A stretch of DNA of 41,872 bases from a virus (IMGVR_UViG_3300027820_000014:1-41872), one strand, 5' to 3'; positions 1 through 8,854 are shown, counted from the first letter of the stretch. Notes: generated by a model from the sequence alone, not told the origin. Made by a program: numbers and translations.

Positions 1-127
1 ACGTCTATACCGATGGTCAGAAGCGGCCCATCTTTAGGGCAAGTGAATTCATCTCTTTGAGATTCCGGGTCTGACTTGGCAAACTCTCGGAAGTGATCCG
101 CGTCTGCCCTTCCATCATCGTATCTAT
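1..127. repeat. 127-bp direct terminal repeat (copy 1); circular-assembly overlap
   Basis: 1-127 is identical to 41746-41872 and lies inside the terminase ORF, whose frame is preserved on circularisation. Confidence 0.95.
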
Positions 128-1289
128 ATGGCAGCCCAAGCTGATTATTAACAAAAGATATTCTTTTTGTTTCATCACCAATGCTGGCGTAATGCTCTGC
201 CTCTAAGTACTTAGAAACCATGTCCTCAAGAGAGGAGCTATTAAGGCAGTTGTACAACTCACCTAAACCTGAGAAGCCTTTAATCTTTCCGTTGGTCTTT
301 CTGGTTTGCTTCCATCCGCAGAACTCATCCCCCGCAGCGCGGGCTTTAAATACGGTATCGCGTATGTTTGCTTTCCGCCGGTTATCGTTCCATGCGGAAC
401 CACAAAACGGACAGGTATAAACTGATGTTTCAGGTTGGGCAGAGCCGTATATCTCGTGTGCCTCTGTGCCCTCTTCTGCATGTAGCCAGTTAACATTGGC
501 AAAATCCAAGACATGATCATCTTCGCATTCGTGACAAGTGACGGGCAGGACACACATATCGCTCATCTTCATGCGATCTTGAACGCGGCTAAAATTATCT
601 ATCGAAGGTGTGCCGCCTAATATCCTTGTGTAGTTTCTGAACCCCTTGCAGCGTTCATACAGGATGGTGACGGAATCGCCTTGGCCCTGCATGTTTTCCG
701 CAGCGTCATCCGGCTCTTCGACAAACAATACTGGGGCCGGGGTAGATTTCGCAGAACGAACCGCGTTCGACCCGATCAGCTTCATAAAACCGCCAGGAAA
801 GTTGCGATTTAAAACACCGTTCCCTGTTTGCCGGGTAGAGGAAACATCCATCTTTCCAGCTAGGGCAGAGCAGCCTTCAACATAAGTCTTCAGCTTTTCA
901 ATGCTAAATTCTCTTGCTGCTTTCTCTGCAGAGAACATGCCTATCATCGCTGACGGGTTCTGAGCTATTCGACTGAGAAGATAGCCTATGAGTATGGTTG
1001 TCCATCCCACTTGGGCAGACTTCATACAATAAACGTCTGTTACTTCATCAGAATCAAAAGCTGCACACACGCCCAGCATGTGAGGGACGTAGTAGAAGTC
1101 AAAATCCCCAGGGGTATCGCTATTTTCAGAAGGTAGTTTTACGTTTTGTTCTATCCACTCAGCCGTTGGAAGTAATGGCGGCGGACACAGATGCACAAGG
1201 GCTTTCTGTATTAGTTGCGATAAGTTGATCCGCGCCGCCCGCGATATTTCCGAGGGCAGCTCGAAGGTGTCCGAGAATGAGTTCGTCAT
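1..1289 (-). CDS. Terminase large subunit, lambda gpA family, 5' part (continues across the origin; ~690 aa in total)
   Basis: Manual translation of both ends: MTNSFSDTFELP...AEWIEQNVKLP...MKSAQVGWTT (Walker A-like) and LTIGIDVQHDRL (gpA nuclease motif). 1289+784 nt = 691 codons. Missing from the ORF track because it crosses the window edge. Confidence 0.9.
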   Translation of the reverse strand, partial: MTNSFSDTFELPSEISRAARINLSQLIQKALVHLCPPPLLPTAEWIEQNVKLPSENSDTPGDFDFYYVPHMLGVCAAFDSDEVTDVYCMKSAQVGWTTILIGYLLSRIAQNPSAMIGMFSAEKAAREFSIEKLKTYVEGCSALAGKMDVSSTRQTGNGVLNRNFPGGFMKLIGSNAVRSAKSTPAPVLFVEEPDDAAENMQGQGDSVTILYERCKGFRNYTRILGGTPSIDNFSRVQDRMKMSDMCVLPVTCHECEDDHVLDFANVNWLHAEEGTEAHEIYGSAQPETSVYTCPFCGSAWNDNRRKANIRDTVFKARAAGDEFCGWKQTRKTNGKIKGFSGLGELYNCLNSSSLEDMVSKYLEAEHYASIGDETKRISFVNNQLGLPYRYDDGRADADHFREFAKSDPESQRDEFTCPKDGPLLTIGID

Positions 1290-1677
1290 CTAATCTAATG
1301 CTATGTTTTGACTCGATTGCTTGAAGTGATTTGTTTCCAGCCTCCATAACAAGCGACTGAATATCCTTGACTAAAGAAACCAATGCAGGCTCCAGGTCGA
1401 TGGCCTCAACTACCAGCTTGTATTCTTTGGAAAGCTCTAGCTCTTCTCTGCGAGCTTGGGCCAACTCTTTTCTAGCCCGAATAGCCGCAAGCTCTTTATC
1501 AGATCTGCCGGCAGCTTCATCTCTTAAGCGCTCGATATAAACAGTGAGCCATTGTTGATAGGTCTCCCCCTCAACAAATTCACCCTCAGAGAAGCGCTTG
1601 CTGATGCTCTGCCTGCTGGTTCCAACTAGTCTTGCGAACCCTGCTTGCGTTGCTTTATCATCCAAACCTTTGATCAT
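1159..1677 (-). CDS. Terminase small subunit (Nu1-like)
   Basis: N-terminal HTH (ATQAGFARLVGTSRQSISK), coiled coil, directly upstream of the large subunit. Confidence 0.8.
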   Translation of the reverse strand: MIKGLDDKATQAGFARLVGTSRQSISKRFSEGEFVEGETYQQWLTVYIERLRDEAAGRSDKELAAIRARKELAQARREELELSKEYKLVVEAIDLEPALVSLVKDIQSLVMEAGNKSLQAIESKHSIRLDDELILGHLRAALGNIAGGADQLIATNTESPCASVSAAITSNG

Positions 1678-1734
1678 TTCAACGAGCCGGTAAAAATCCT
1701 ATTTGCGTCAACCCCTTATAGGTGCAAACCTTTG

Positions 1735-1786
1735 CGAAAAACTCGCGAGCAGCAGACCCGTATAATTCATTGCTCTGGGAGTACCT
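1735..1786 (-). other. Putative cos site (cosQ-like AGGTACT; cosN-like TAC-GGGTCTGCTGCT-CGCGAGTTTTTCGC)
   Basis: Resembles lambda cos (GGGTCCT...TTACG-GGGCGGCGACCT-CGCGGGTTTTCGC) in sequence, spacing and position upstream of terS. Confidence 0.7.
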
Positions 1787-1791
1787 TTTTC

Positions 1792-2130
1792 TCATGTGGT
1801 ATGCCCCGTAGCTAAATCAACATAGAACCACCAGTGGTCATCTATCCCGTCCTGTGTGACCTTAATCTCTACTCTTGCTGCTCCTTGCTGAGCTATACTT
1901 GCTGTGGACGCTGCTGGTAGAACGATTGCCACCTTGGATGCTGACCAGTCTGCTCCTGTTAATGCGCTGCTAATACTGACCTCAGAAGAGAGTGCTGACG
2001 TTCTGTCATGCTCTACCACACGGGCCTTGCATACTGCCCCGGTCATATCGAATACAGCTCCGCCTTTGTAGAGTGTGACTACTCGTGCAAATACTGCATT
2101 AGGGGTAAGTGTTACAGTGCTTACACTCAT
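1792..2130 (-). CDS. Hypothetical virion-associated protein (beta-rich; resembles BppU N-terminal-like adaptors)
   Basis: 112 aa; FDMTGAVCKARV-type motif; translationally coupled within the late operon. Confidence 0.45.
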   Translation of the reverse strand: MSVSTVTLTPNAVFARVVTLYKGGAVFDMTGAVCKARVVEHDRTSALSSEVSISSALTGADWSASKVAIVLPAASTASIAQQGAARVEIKVTQDGIDDHWWFYVDLATGHTT

Positions 2131-2489
2131 TAGATTGGATCTGCTATCTCAATGTCCCAAGCAGGGGTTGTTACTGTGCCGCCCGACGTTAGCCCTTGAG
2201 ATGTACAGGTAGTTACATAGAAGTCTGTACCGTCATCAATAGAAACGTGTGTGGCAGTACCGTCACTGCCTATACTCATATCCACCTGGGTGGCTACTGT
2301 AACCTTCCTGCCACTGGTATCACCGTTAGCCTTGGTGAAATCTGACCCGTCCGTGACCACAGAGGCTAATAAGTTGGCTGTAATAGCGGCTATATTGGCT
2401 GGCTCTGAAGGAAGTACAGCTAGGCGCGTGCTGCCATCAATAGCATTAAGCCCTCCATCAATAAACCCGTCACTGGCTACCTTACCCAT
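2130..2489 (-). CDS. Hypothetical virion structural protein
   Basis: 119 aa, Gly/Thr/Asp-rich beta-type sequence; coupled to both neighbours. Confidence 0.55.
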   Translation of the reverse strand: MGKVASDGFIDGGLNAIDGSTRLAVLPSEPANIAAITANLLASVVTDGSDFTKANGDTSGRKVTVATQVDMSIGSDGTATHVSIDDGTDFYVTTCTSQGLTSGGTVTTPAWDIEIADPI

Positions 2490-2715
2490 TAGTCACCTCC
2501 ACAGATGTATTTGCGCTGTCTACTCTCAGATTGACGCGATTAGTCGTGCTGCGTTCACCTGTTTTGATTTGACCAGACGTATCCTCTGCCCACCCTAACT
2601 GACAGAAATATTCGCCCACATTATTGGGCACGCTTCTGATCTCATCTTTATTAAAGACTTGGAGAACGCCATCAATTTCATGTTTGATAGACTCCGATAG
2701 AATCTTTACTTTCAT
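2482..2715 (-). CDS. Hypothetical protein
   Basis: 77 aa; RBS GAGG; operon continuity. Confidence 0.6.
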   Translation of the reverse strand: MKVKILSESIKHEIDGVLQVFNKDEIRSVPNNVGEYFCQLGWAEDTSGQIKTGERSTTNRVNLRVDSANTSVEVTNG

Positions 2716-2726
2716 ATCAACCTCGC

Positions 2727-4751
2727 TTAATGAACGGCTAGCGTTCGACTTGAATTAATAACAACTATTTGCCTTCCAGCATTCTCCACCACACACACTC
2801 TTGCTCCAGGAATAACTGTTGATCCCGGTAATACGAGTGAGATAGCATCTACTAATTGGGTATGCAGTGAATCAGAAACAACCAACGATCCAGACTGAAC
2901 TAAGGCAACTGGATCAACAGAGGCCGCTTGAGCCGCATCTAGTACAGCAAGAACATCTGAAGCCGACAGAACAATATTATCCACAGATAAAGATTGACCC
3001 ACGTCTTGGATGGACAATTGAACGGCATCACTAAGGGTTAAATTGTCTGCCGACTGAGAGCTGGCTGAACCGTCAACCACAAGGATATTTGCTTGCGATA
3101 AAACGACACTTCCCGTTGATACCTGCTGTAGTGCATCAGCTACAGACAGCACCCCTGCGGCTTGTAAAACAACGTTATCTGAGGCGTTACTGTGTGTAGA
3201 GTCATCTACAATTAGCTGATGACTCTGTGTTAGTGACATCCCATCAACGACCACAGAATGCAGAGCATCAAGAACAGACAGCGTATTAGCCTGTGTTAAG
3301 TTAATATTTTCTACATTGCCAACTTGCAGTGCGTCATTAACGGTGAGCAATGCAGACTGAGATAACGTCACGTTATCGACCGAGACCAATTGCCCAGAAT
3401 CATTTATAGACAAGGTACTCGCTTGCGCTAAAGATAAATTGTCTACACTAATCGCCTGACCACACCCACTGATAGAAAGCTGGTGAGACTGAGTTAGGGT
3501 TAAACTGTCAACCGCTTGTGACTGGGTTGAATCTTGAATTGTTATATCTGTAGCCCCACCACCAGCACCCTTGAGGGCCCACCCAAAACCATAAACTGCT
3601 GCTGCTGGGTTAGTACTTAAGGTAAAATCCCACCCATCAGCATCGAAAGCATAACTAGAGGCTAAAACAGCATCTGTTGAGCCATCACTATCTAATATTC
3701 TTAATTGATCAGAACTAAGCGACTTACAAACCGTTGGGTCTTGGCCGTCGTGGTCTGTAATTGTATTTGTGTATATGTTGGTGCCATCAAATGAAGCAAC
3801 ACTTAAAGCCGCATTTGATGTAGATTCGCTAAAGGAGTTGTACCCTGTCGGGCCAACTAAACTGTAAATACTGCCAAAATCAGGCTCAAAACCTGGCGTG
3901 GTTTCAGCATAATTGCCTGAAGCCGGAAAGTTCATATCAAACAGACTAAAACTAACCCCAGCGGCCAGCTTCATACACAAAACGTGCATTTCGGTGGAAG
4001 TGCTAGCGCTGCAAGTGTGCGTGAATCCTGTTGAGTCTATATCACTGAAAGTCAGCTCCCAGCGCATAGACCCCAATAGCGTTGCACACAACCCAGAGTT
4101 ATTATCTATGTAGGTATTTTGATCACCACCAGAAGAAGTGCCGTCATCACCACAAATAGCCATAGACTTCTGTGTAGGTGTTGCTGAGTCATCGTTATAA
4201 ACAACACCTAAACCTAATGGCGAGTGAACGCTGTTACCCGTACCTGATGTGTAAATGTGGCCAGTAAAAATAACATCTGGCTCAAAACTCAATCCAGTAT
4301 AATCAACAGCCGATGTAGTACTCCCCAATCCGATACTTTGGACAGATACATCAGAAACATCATCTGAATAGAAAAATATCACAGTCAGCAGGAATCCAGA
4401 CGGGGCAGCACTATCAATGTTAAGACGCACTCCGCCGGTTATCCAAGAGTTAAAACTAAACTCAAAATCAAACGCAGAAGCAACGTTATGTAACGCAATA
4501 CACCGAGTCGTACTTCTCCTTCTGGCTGTATCGGACGAGCCTTGAGCATCCTCATGAGCGACAGACAAACAGTTCTGATTAGTTCCGTCTGTAACACCCC
4601 AACCAAGAACACCATCTGAGGCTATCGTGTCATCAGCAATAGCCCTGGTGACATAAAACTGGGCAGCTACAGGTTCTTCTGTGCCTCCAGCGTCAATATC
4701 CCAAGTTCCGCTTGCTGCTGTACTAACAGCCACCCTTACCTGGTCAACCAT
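2727..4751 (-). CDS. Fibre/spike-like protein: N-terminal globular region plus C-terminal 11 x 22-aa repeat shaft
   Basis: 674 aa; repeats such as HQLSISGCGQAISVDNLSLAQA / STLSINDSGQLVSVDNVTLSQS; recurring FEPD motif in the N-terminal region. Confidence 0.6.
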   Translation of the reverse strand: MVDQVRVAVSTAASGTWDIDAGGTEEPVAAQFYVTRAIADDTIASDGVLGWGVTDGTNQNCLSVAHEDAQGSSDTARRRSTTRCIALHNVASAFDFEFSFNSWITGGVRLNIDSAAPSGFLLTVIFFYSDDVSDVSVQSIGLGSTTSAVDYTGLSFEPDVIFTGHIYTSGTGNSVHSPLGLGVVYNDDSATPTQKSMAICGDDGTSSGGDQNTYIDNNSGLCATLLGSMRWELTFSDIDSTGFTHTCSASTSTEMHVLCMKLAAGVSFSLFDMNFPASGNYAETTPGFEPDFGSIYSLVGPTGYNSFSESTSNAALSVASFDGTNIYTNTITDHDGQDPTVCKSLSSDQLRILDSDGSTDAVLASSYAFDADGWDFTLSTNPAAAVYGFGWALKGAGGGATDITIQDSTQSQAVDSLTLTQSHQLSISGCGQAISVDNLSLAQASTLSINDSGQLVSVDNVTLSQSALLTVNDALQVGNVENINLTQANTLSVLDALHSVVVDGMSLTQSHQLIVDDSTHSNASDNVVLQAAGVLSVADALQQVSTGSVVLSQANILVVDGSASSQSADNLTLSDAVQLSIQDVGQSLSVDNIVLSASDVLAVLDAAQAASVDPVALVQSGSLVVSDSLHTQLVDAISLVLPGSTVIPGARVCVVENAGRQIVVINSSRTLAVH
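2830..3550 (-). repeat. Eleven tandem 22-aa (66-bp) protein repeats, approximate consensus LxI/VxDxxQxxSVDNxxLxQ
   Basis: Counted in the translation; boundaries approximate. Confidence 0.85.
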
Positions 4752-5782
4752 TACTGAAAATTAGCCTTGTGATATACCTTGTCGCCCATTTCGTCGATGA
4801 GTGGTTGCATTTTTTGCACCAAATCAGAAGCGCCAGATATATTGTTTTGCCTTGCAATCTTGGCCCAAGCTAATAAGTAGCTTCTGCGAACACCGTAAGT
4901 CAATCGCTGGCCATTAAGGACGTTTGGAGTCATTTGGTCGTCGGGATAATCTGTGATGGCTTCCATTCTTAATGGTGTAAAGGCTTGCGCCTCTGCCCAC
5001 GTTTTACCCTCTAAATCCTTCACATAGTCCGCAGAGCAATACTTCATAGGCCACTCGCCACCACACCGCTTCACCAAGTGCTGGAAGTGCCACTCGGCTA
5101 GTGGTCGCCATTCCTCAAACCCTAGCTGAATCAAATGATTGATGGTCATACCTATGAATGCTTCCATCCACGCATTGAAACCATCAACACGCCAACTTAA
5201 TGACCTGAATTCTTCTTGATCTGGGGTAATTCGGTCTAACATTCTTAACCGTGTAGCCTCTAACGCATCCCGGTATAAATTAGGATTGGGGCTTACCACC
5301 TGTGCTGCAATGCTGGTTTCTATCTTTTTCCCTACATCACGGTAAGGCATATCAGGGTCGTTAAGCACAGAGTTGGTTATCAGCCCTTCACGTTCTAGAT
5401 ATGCCAGCTCACCAAGGTTTCTAAGCACCCAAGCAAGATCACGACCATTTAACCAGTGGTGAGGATCATTAACGCCCTTATAACCAAGTTCTTGCCGTGT
5501 TTTCCACTGACATTCCATCGGCTTAATGTACTTGGGGTCGTTCGTTAGCAGATAAGCCAGAAAATATGCGTTGGGGGTATGCTCAAACGATAGGCCATAC
5601 TCACCGCCTGCCCATTTCCTTTTGTAAATACCGACAAGATCGCACCACGGTGCACCTAATAGATTGTCAGCCTGTGCAATAACATGATCACACGCCCTAC
5701 CCGTTGCTATACACTCTGAGGCCCATTCCGTAAACAATCCAATTTCATGGCGATCACCGGGAGAGCTATCAAGCGTCAACAA
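4751..5782 (-). CDS. Helical (alpha/alpha-toroid-like) domain, possibly a glycan lyase/hydrolase; probably the C-terminal part of a frameshift fusion with 5914-7236
   Basis: HTPNAYFLAYLLTNDPKY and RDLAWVLRNL motifs. The frame is open upstream to ~5928 and encodes a Pro-rich linker; no convincing start or RBS. Confidence 0.5.
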   Translation of the reverse strand: MLTLDSSPGDRHEIGLFTEWASECIATGRACDHVIAQADNLLGAPWCDLVGIYKRKWAGGEYGLSFEHTPNAYFLAYLLTNDPKYIKPMECQWKTRQELGYKGVNDPHHWLNGRDLAWVLRNLGELAYLEREGLITNSVLNDPDMPYRDVGKKIETSIAAQVVSPNPNLYRDALEATRLRMLDRITPDQEEFRSLSWRVDGFNAWMEAFIGMTINHLIQLGFEEWRPLAEWHFQHLVKRCGGEWPMKYCSADYVKDLEGKTWAEAQAFTPLRMEAITDYPDDQMTPNVLNGQRLTYGVRRSYLLAWAKIARQNNISGASDLVQKMQPLIDEMGDKVYHKANFQ

Positions 5783-5913
5783 AAGCGTTCTGTTGGTCTC
5801 GCCATCATAGTCGTTATATCTTGGCAGAATATCGAATTCAGGCTTAACCGGAGGCGTTACAGATACCGGCTCTGGCTCTGGTTGAGGGACGACAACAACT
5901 GGTGTCTCGCCCC

Positions 5914-7236
5914 CTAAAACTTTAGGTATTTAACATCCGTATAAACCGAATCAGGAACAATGATTGCATTATATTTTTCAGAATATTCAAAGCGCCCAAA
6001 CATACCGTTTGAAGCCTTAACTGGAGCCGAACCCGTCACAACCTGCTCCGTCTCTTCAAACGTAACAGGGTCTAACCAGTACAGTGAATTACCACCGCAC
6101 CAAGCTAAGTATTTATCTTGTGATTCGACGAAGGTAAGTCCGGGGCCATAGCAATTACCGATACCTAATGAAATATCCGTATGTTTGGTAAACACTTTGG
6201 TGTCGATATTAAAGCTGTAAAATTTATTACCACCAGCATAGATAATGGTTCTGCGGTCTGGATCAATTGCCACACCCAATAAATCACTACGCCAAGGGCT
6301 TTCGGCACCGCCCAAAGGTTTCTCTGTAGCAATTACATTAGTAGCTGGGTCAAGCGAATAAACGCGCCCATAATTGGCCACAAACAACTTGCCGGTTACA
6401 GAGTCATAAATGCCTTGATTTCGTGCGCCGCTATATTCGTTGCTAACTAGCTGGGTTTCCCCTGTTATTGGGTCAGCCGACCATACACGATTATCGCTTC
6501 CTCCAGCGCCACTACAATTAGAGCCCGGAAAAACGTAATGCTTGTCGACATTGGGCGCATAAGTTGTGCCACCCCAAGTATGCCTTGCAATAGGGTTGCC
6601 GTCTGGAGTTGTGCCATCCTCAAACATTTCCTGATAGCTTTGGCCCGGAACATTAATATCGAACTGAGAATGCGGTCTTATGAGAGCCCATGCGACATCA
6701 TCAACATCAAACTTAAAGTGTTGATTTCCGCAATAATCAGCATGACCGCCACTGGCGATAACGTGCATTTCACTGCGAGCTTCATCCCACGATGCGCCAT
6801 TCCATGCCGTTAAAATAGACTTTGCACTACCTAGATAGCGATAGGGAGAATCCTGCGCTTCCTGTGGCACTAAATCTATTAGCTTGGTATCTGGAATCTC
6901 ACCCCAAACGCCAACAGGGGCATTAACAATAACGTGTCCGCCTGCGGGCGGGTCAACGGGATCATTGCACGTATTAGTCGGATCATTAGGGCATTCGTCA
7001 GTGTCATCAGGAAAACCATCGCCATCTGTATCTACAGGATCGTTACAGGTATTAGTGGCATCGTTGGGGCACTCATCTATATCATCTGGGGTGCCGTCGC
7101 CGTCGCTATCAACAACAGGGTCAGAGCATTTATCGAAACTATGAACACCGCAAACATCAACCACCAAATCATCCAAGGATGTATATTGATGTGCAAATAC
7201 GGGTAGCGCCAAAAAGAGTAAAAAGATTAATCGCAT
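5914..7236 (-). CDS. Secreted protein: signal peptide, two TSP3-like Ca-binding repeats, beta-propeller (Kelch-like) domain
   Basis: MRLIFLLFLALPVFA signal; DxDGDGxPDDxDECPND x2; GGHADYCGN and PIARHTWGG motifs. Confidence 0.65.
   Translation of the reverse strand: MRLIFLLFLALPVFAHQYTSLDDLVVDVCGVHSFDKCSDPVVDSDGDGTPDDIDECPNDATNTCNDPVDTDGDGFPDDTDECPNDPTNTCNDPVDPPAGGHVIVNAPVGVWGEIPDTKLIDLVPQEAQDSPYRYLGSAKSILTAWNGASWDEARSEMHVIASGGHADYCGNQHFKFDVDDVAWALIRPHSQFDINVPGQSYQEMFEDGTTPDGNPIARHTWGGTTYAPNVDKHYVFPGSNCSGAGGSDNRVWSADPITGETQLVSNEYSGARNQGIYDSVTGKLFVANYGRVYSLDPATNVIATEKPLGGAESPWRSDLLGVAIDPDRRTIIYAGGNKFYSFNIDTKVFTKHTDISLGIGNCYGPGLTFVESQDKYLAWCGGNSLYWLDPVTFEETEQVVTGSAPVKASNGMFGRFEYSEKYNAIIVPDSVYTDVKYLKF
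6953..7113 (-). repeat. Two tandem 26-aa Asp-rich repeats (DxDGDGxPDDxDECPNDxTNTCNDPV)
   Basis: Seen in the translation. Confidence 0.85.
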
Positions 7237-7868
7237 ATTGCTAAAGCCCTTAAATAAGAGGTTTTAAAGATGTAGTTCATCCAGTAGCCAGAGGCTTTGC
7301 GATCAAATATGCCGCTATGCCCAGAAGCTCTACGGTCATGGAAAGCGTCCAATGTATTAATGTTGTCCACATTAGGATTTGCGCCTTCATAACCCGTTGC
7401 CCCCATCTGGCCCCAATTTCTTTCTGCGGCCCACTGGTTAGAAATAAGTTTTGTGATCCAGGTTAAAATGCGCCCCAACTTCACCACCCGATCATCAGGG
7501 TTCCAGTACACGGAAACGTGCTTTGCCCCTGGTGAAGGGTGCATGGTTGATGGAAGTGCTGGCTGAATACATACCGCTATATCTGGTGATGTGTCATATA
7601 GATCGAAGGCAAGCCGTAAAATGGCGTTACCGTTTGAATGTGCTGAAACAATGACGGTATAGCCGCGATCTCGATAGAACTGAATACGTGTTGCAAGCCT
7701 TCTGGCCACATCGGGGTTTTTCTGCCTTGCTTCTCTTGCATGGTCGGCGTGGTAAACAATAACAACCGACTCAACATCAGCGTTTTTAAACTCTTGATCT
7801 AACTGACCAATCGTTTCTCTATAATCTTCGACGTTGTAGCCATGAAGGTGAATAGCTGCTACTGGCAT
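7227..7868 (-). CDS. Alpha/beta-hydrolase fold protein (putative esterase/lipase)
   Basis: HLHGY oxyanion-type motif, AHSNG nucleophile elbow, candidate Asp (NPDD) and His (SGHSG). Confidence 0.75.
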   Translation of the reverse strand: MPVAAIHLHGYNVEDYRETIGQLDQEFKNADVESVVIVYHADHAREARQKNPDVARRLATRIQFYRDRGYTVIVSAHSNGNAILRLAFDLYDTSPDIAVCIQPALPSTMHPSPGAKHVSVYWNPDDRVVKLGRILTWITKLISNQWAAERNWGQMGATGYEGANPNVDNINTLDAFHDRRASGHSGIFDRKASGYWMNYIFKTSYLRALAICD

Positions 7869-7871
7869 TCA

Positions 7872-8285
7872 TCAACCTCCCCTCAGCTCAAAATGAATCA
7901 AGTCATCGAATTTATTATCGGAAACCTGCGTATTACTATTCCAATCGCCACCCCATCTAATGGAGTAGGACATACGCCCTTGAGATTTAAGGGCTGAAGC
8001 TATACCCAGGACATAACCGGCAAACAAAGTGAATCGTTCACGGTCATTCCAATTTATAGGCCACGGCGCAACATCAGCCGCCATAGAGGGCTCTATGTTG
8101 TGCCTTGAATCCGGCCACTTGGTTTGCGTATTGCCCTCTAGGTAAGCGGCCATTTGCTCTTGCTCTGCTCTGTGACCACAGATAACAGTACAATCAAAAT
8201 GCTTTACCACTTCTTCAAACAGAACAATTAAATCTGTGTGACAGGTATCAAGCCTGTCTTGTGACTTCTGGCTGAATCTAGCCAT
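7872..8285 (-). CDS. Endolysin, peptidase M15 (L-Ala-D-Glu peptidase-like)
   Basis: SRHxxxxxxAAD zinc motif, RWGGDW, DLIHFEL. Confidence 0.9.
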   Translation of the reverse strand: MARFSQKSQDRLDTCHTDLIVLFEEVVKHFDCTVICGHRAEQEQMAAYLEGNTQTKWPDSRHNIEPSMAADVAPWPINWNDRERFTLFAGYVLGIASALKSQGRMSYSIRWGGDWNSNTQVSDNKFDDLIHFELRGG

Positions 8286-8523
8286 CTTTCATTAAGTGCT
8301 TATGTAGAAGTCTTTCGCGTTTATCGCGCTTCTTTTGAAAATGGTATTGGATATAAAGACCGGCAACACCAACAGCAATACCAACCAATATCCCAATTCC
8401 AGCCAAGAGGTCATGGTTCTCACTAACCCACTGAGCAAAGCCAGAACCAACGGCCAAGCCGCCGCCTAATTGCGCTGCTTTATGGCCAGCCGCTATTACT
8501 GTCTGCTCATGACCTACATCCAT
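8278..8523 (-). CDS. Holin
   Basis: 81 aa; hydrophobic segments; basic C-terminus; overlaps the endolysin start. Confidence 0.75.
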   Translation of the reverse strand: MDVGHEQTVIAAGHKAAQLGGGLAVGSGFAQWVSENHDLLAGIGILVGIAVGVAGLYIQYHFQKKRDKRERLLHKHLMKDG

Positions 8524-8604
8524 GCTTTATCCTTAGAAATAAAAAGCCCCAAGTAAAAATACAAGGGGCTGAGGGGGAGTTGCCGTTAGGCGGGTGGTGA
8601 GTCT

Positions 8605-8796
8605 TTAGCTACCCATAATTACTACGGGTAACACTTCGCCAGTTACAGTGCTTTTGCACTCGCATTCTGGCAAGAATTCATTTGCGTCTGAAGGATGAAT
8701 CAATATTCTTGTCGCATAAGGATTGCCATGTTGAAGATAATTTCTTACTCGCTCAAACAGTGGACGCTTTCTCATGCTCACCCTTTTTCTACTCAC
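8605..8796 (-). CDS. Small hypothetical protein
   Basis: ORF filling the space between the tR'-like terminator and the holin. Confidence 0.4.
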   Translation of the reverse strand: MSRKRVSMRKRPLFERVRNYLQHGNPYATRILIHPSDANEFLPECECKSTVTGEVLPVVIMGS

Positions 8797-8797
8797 A

Positions 8798-8820
8798 CAA
8801 AAAAACCAGCTCTAGGCTGG
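8798..8820 (-). terminator. Intrinsic terminator (tR'-like)
   Basis: CCAGC-CTAGA-GCTGG hairpin followed by T7 on the minus strand, ~35 nt after the late promoter -10. Confidence 0.8.
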
Positions 8821-8854
8821 CTTAGTTTCGTGCTCGGAATTCGACACTAGGGAT

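Noticed and set aside
1-127. Biological terminal repeat
   Set aside because: It lies mid-terminase, its length equals a common assembler k-mer (127), and a cos-like site exists elsewhere.
220-1228. Short ORF-track ORFs (220-420, 263-553, 646-885, 998-1228) and similar antisense ORFs in structural genes
   Set aside because: Shadow frames of terL and other well-supported genes, with no motifs.
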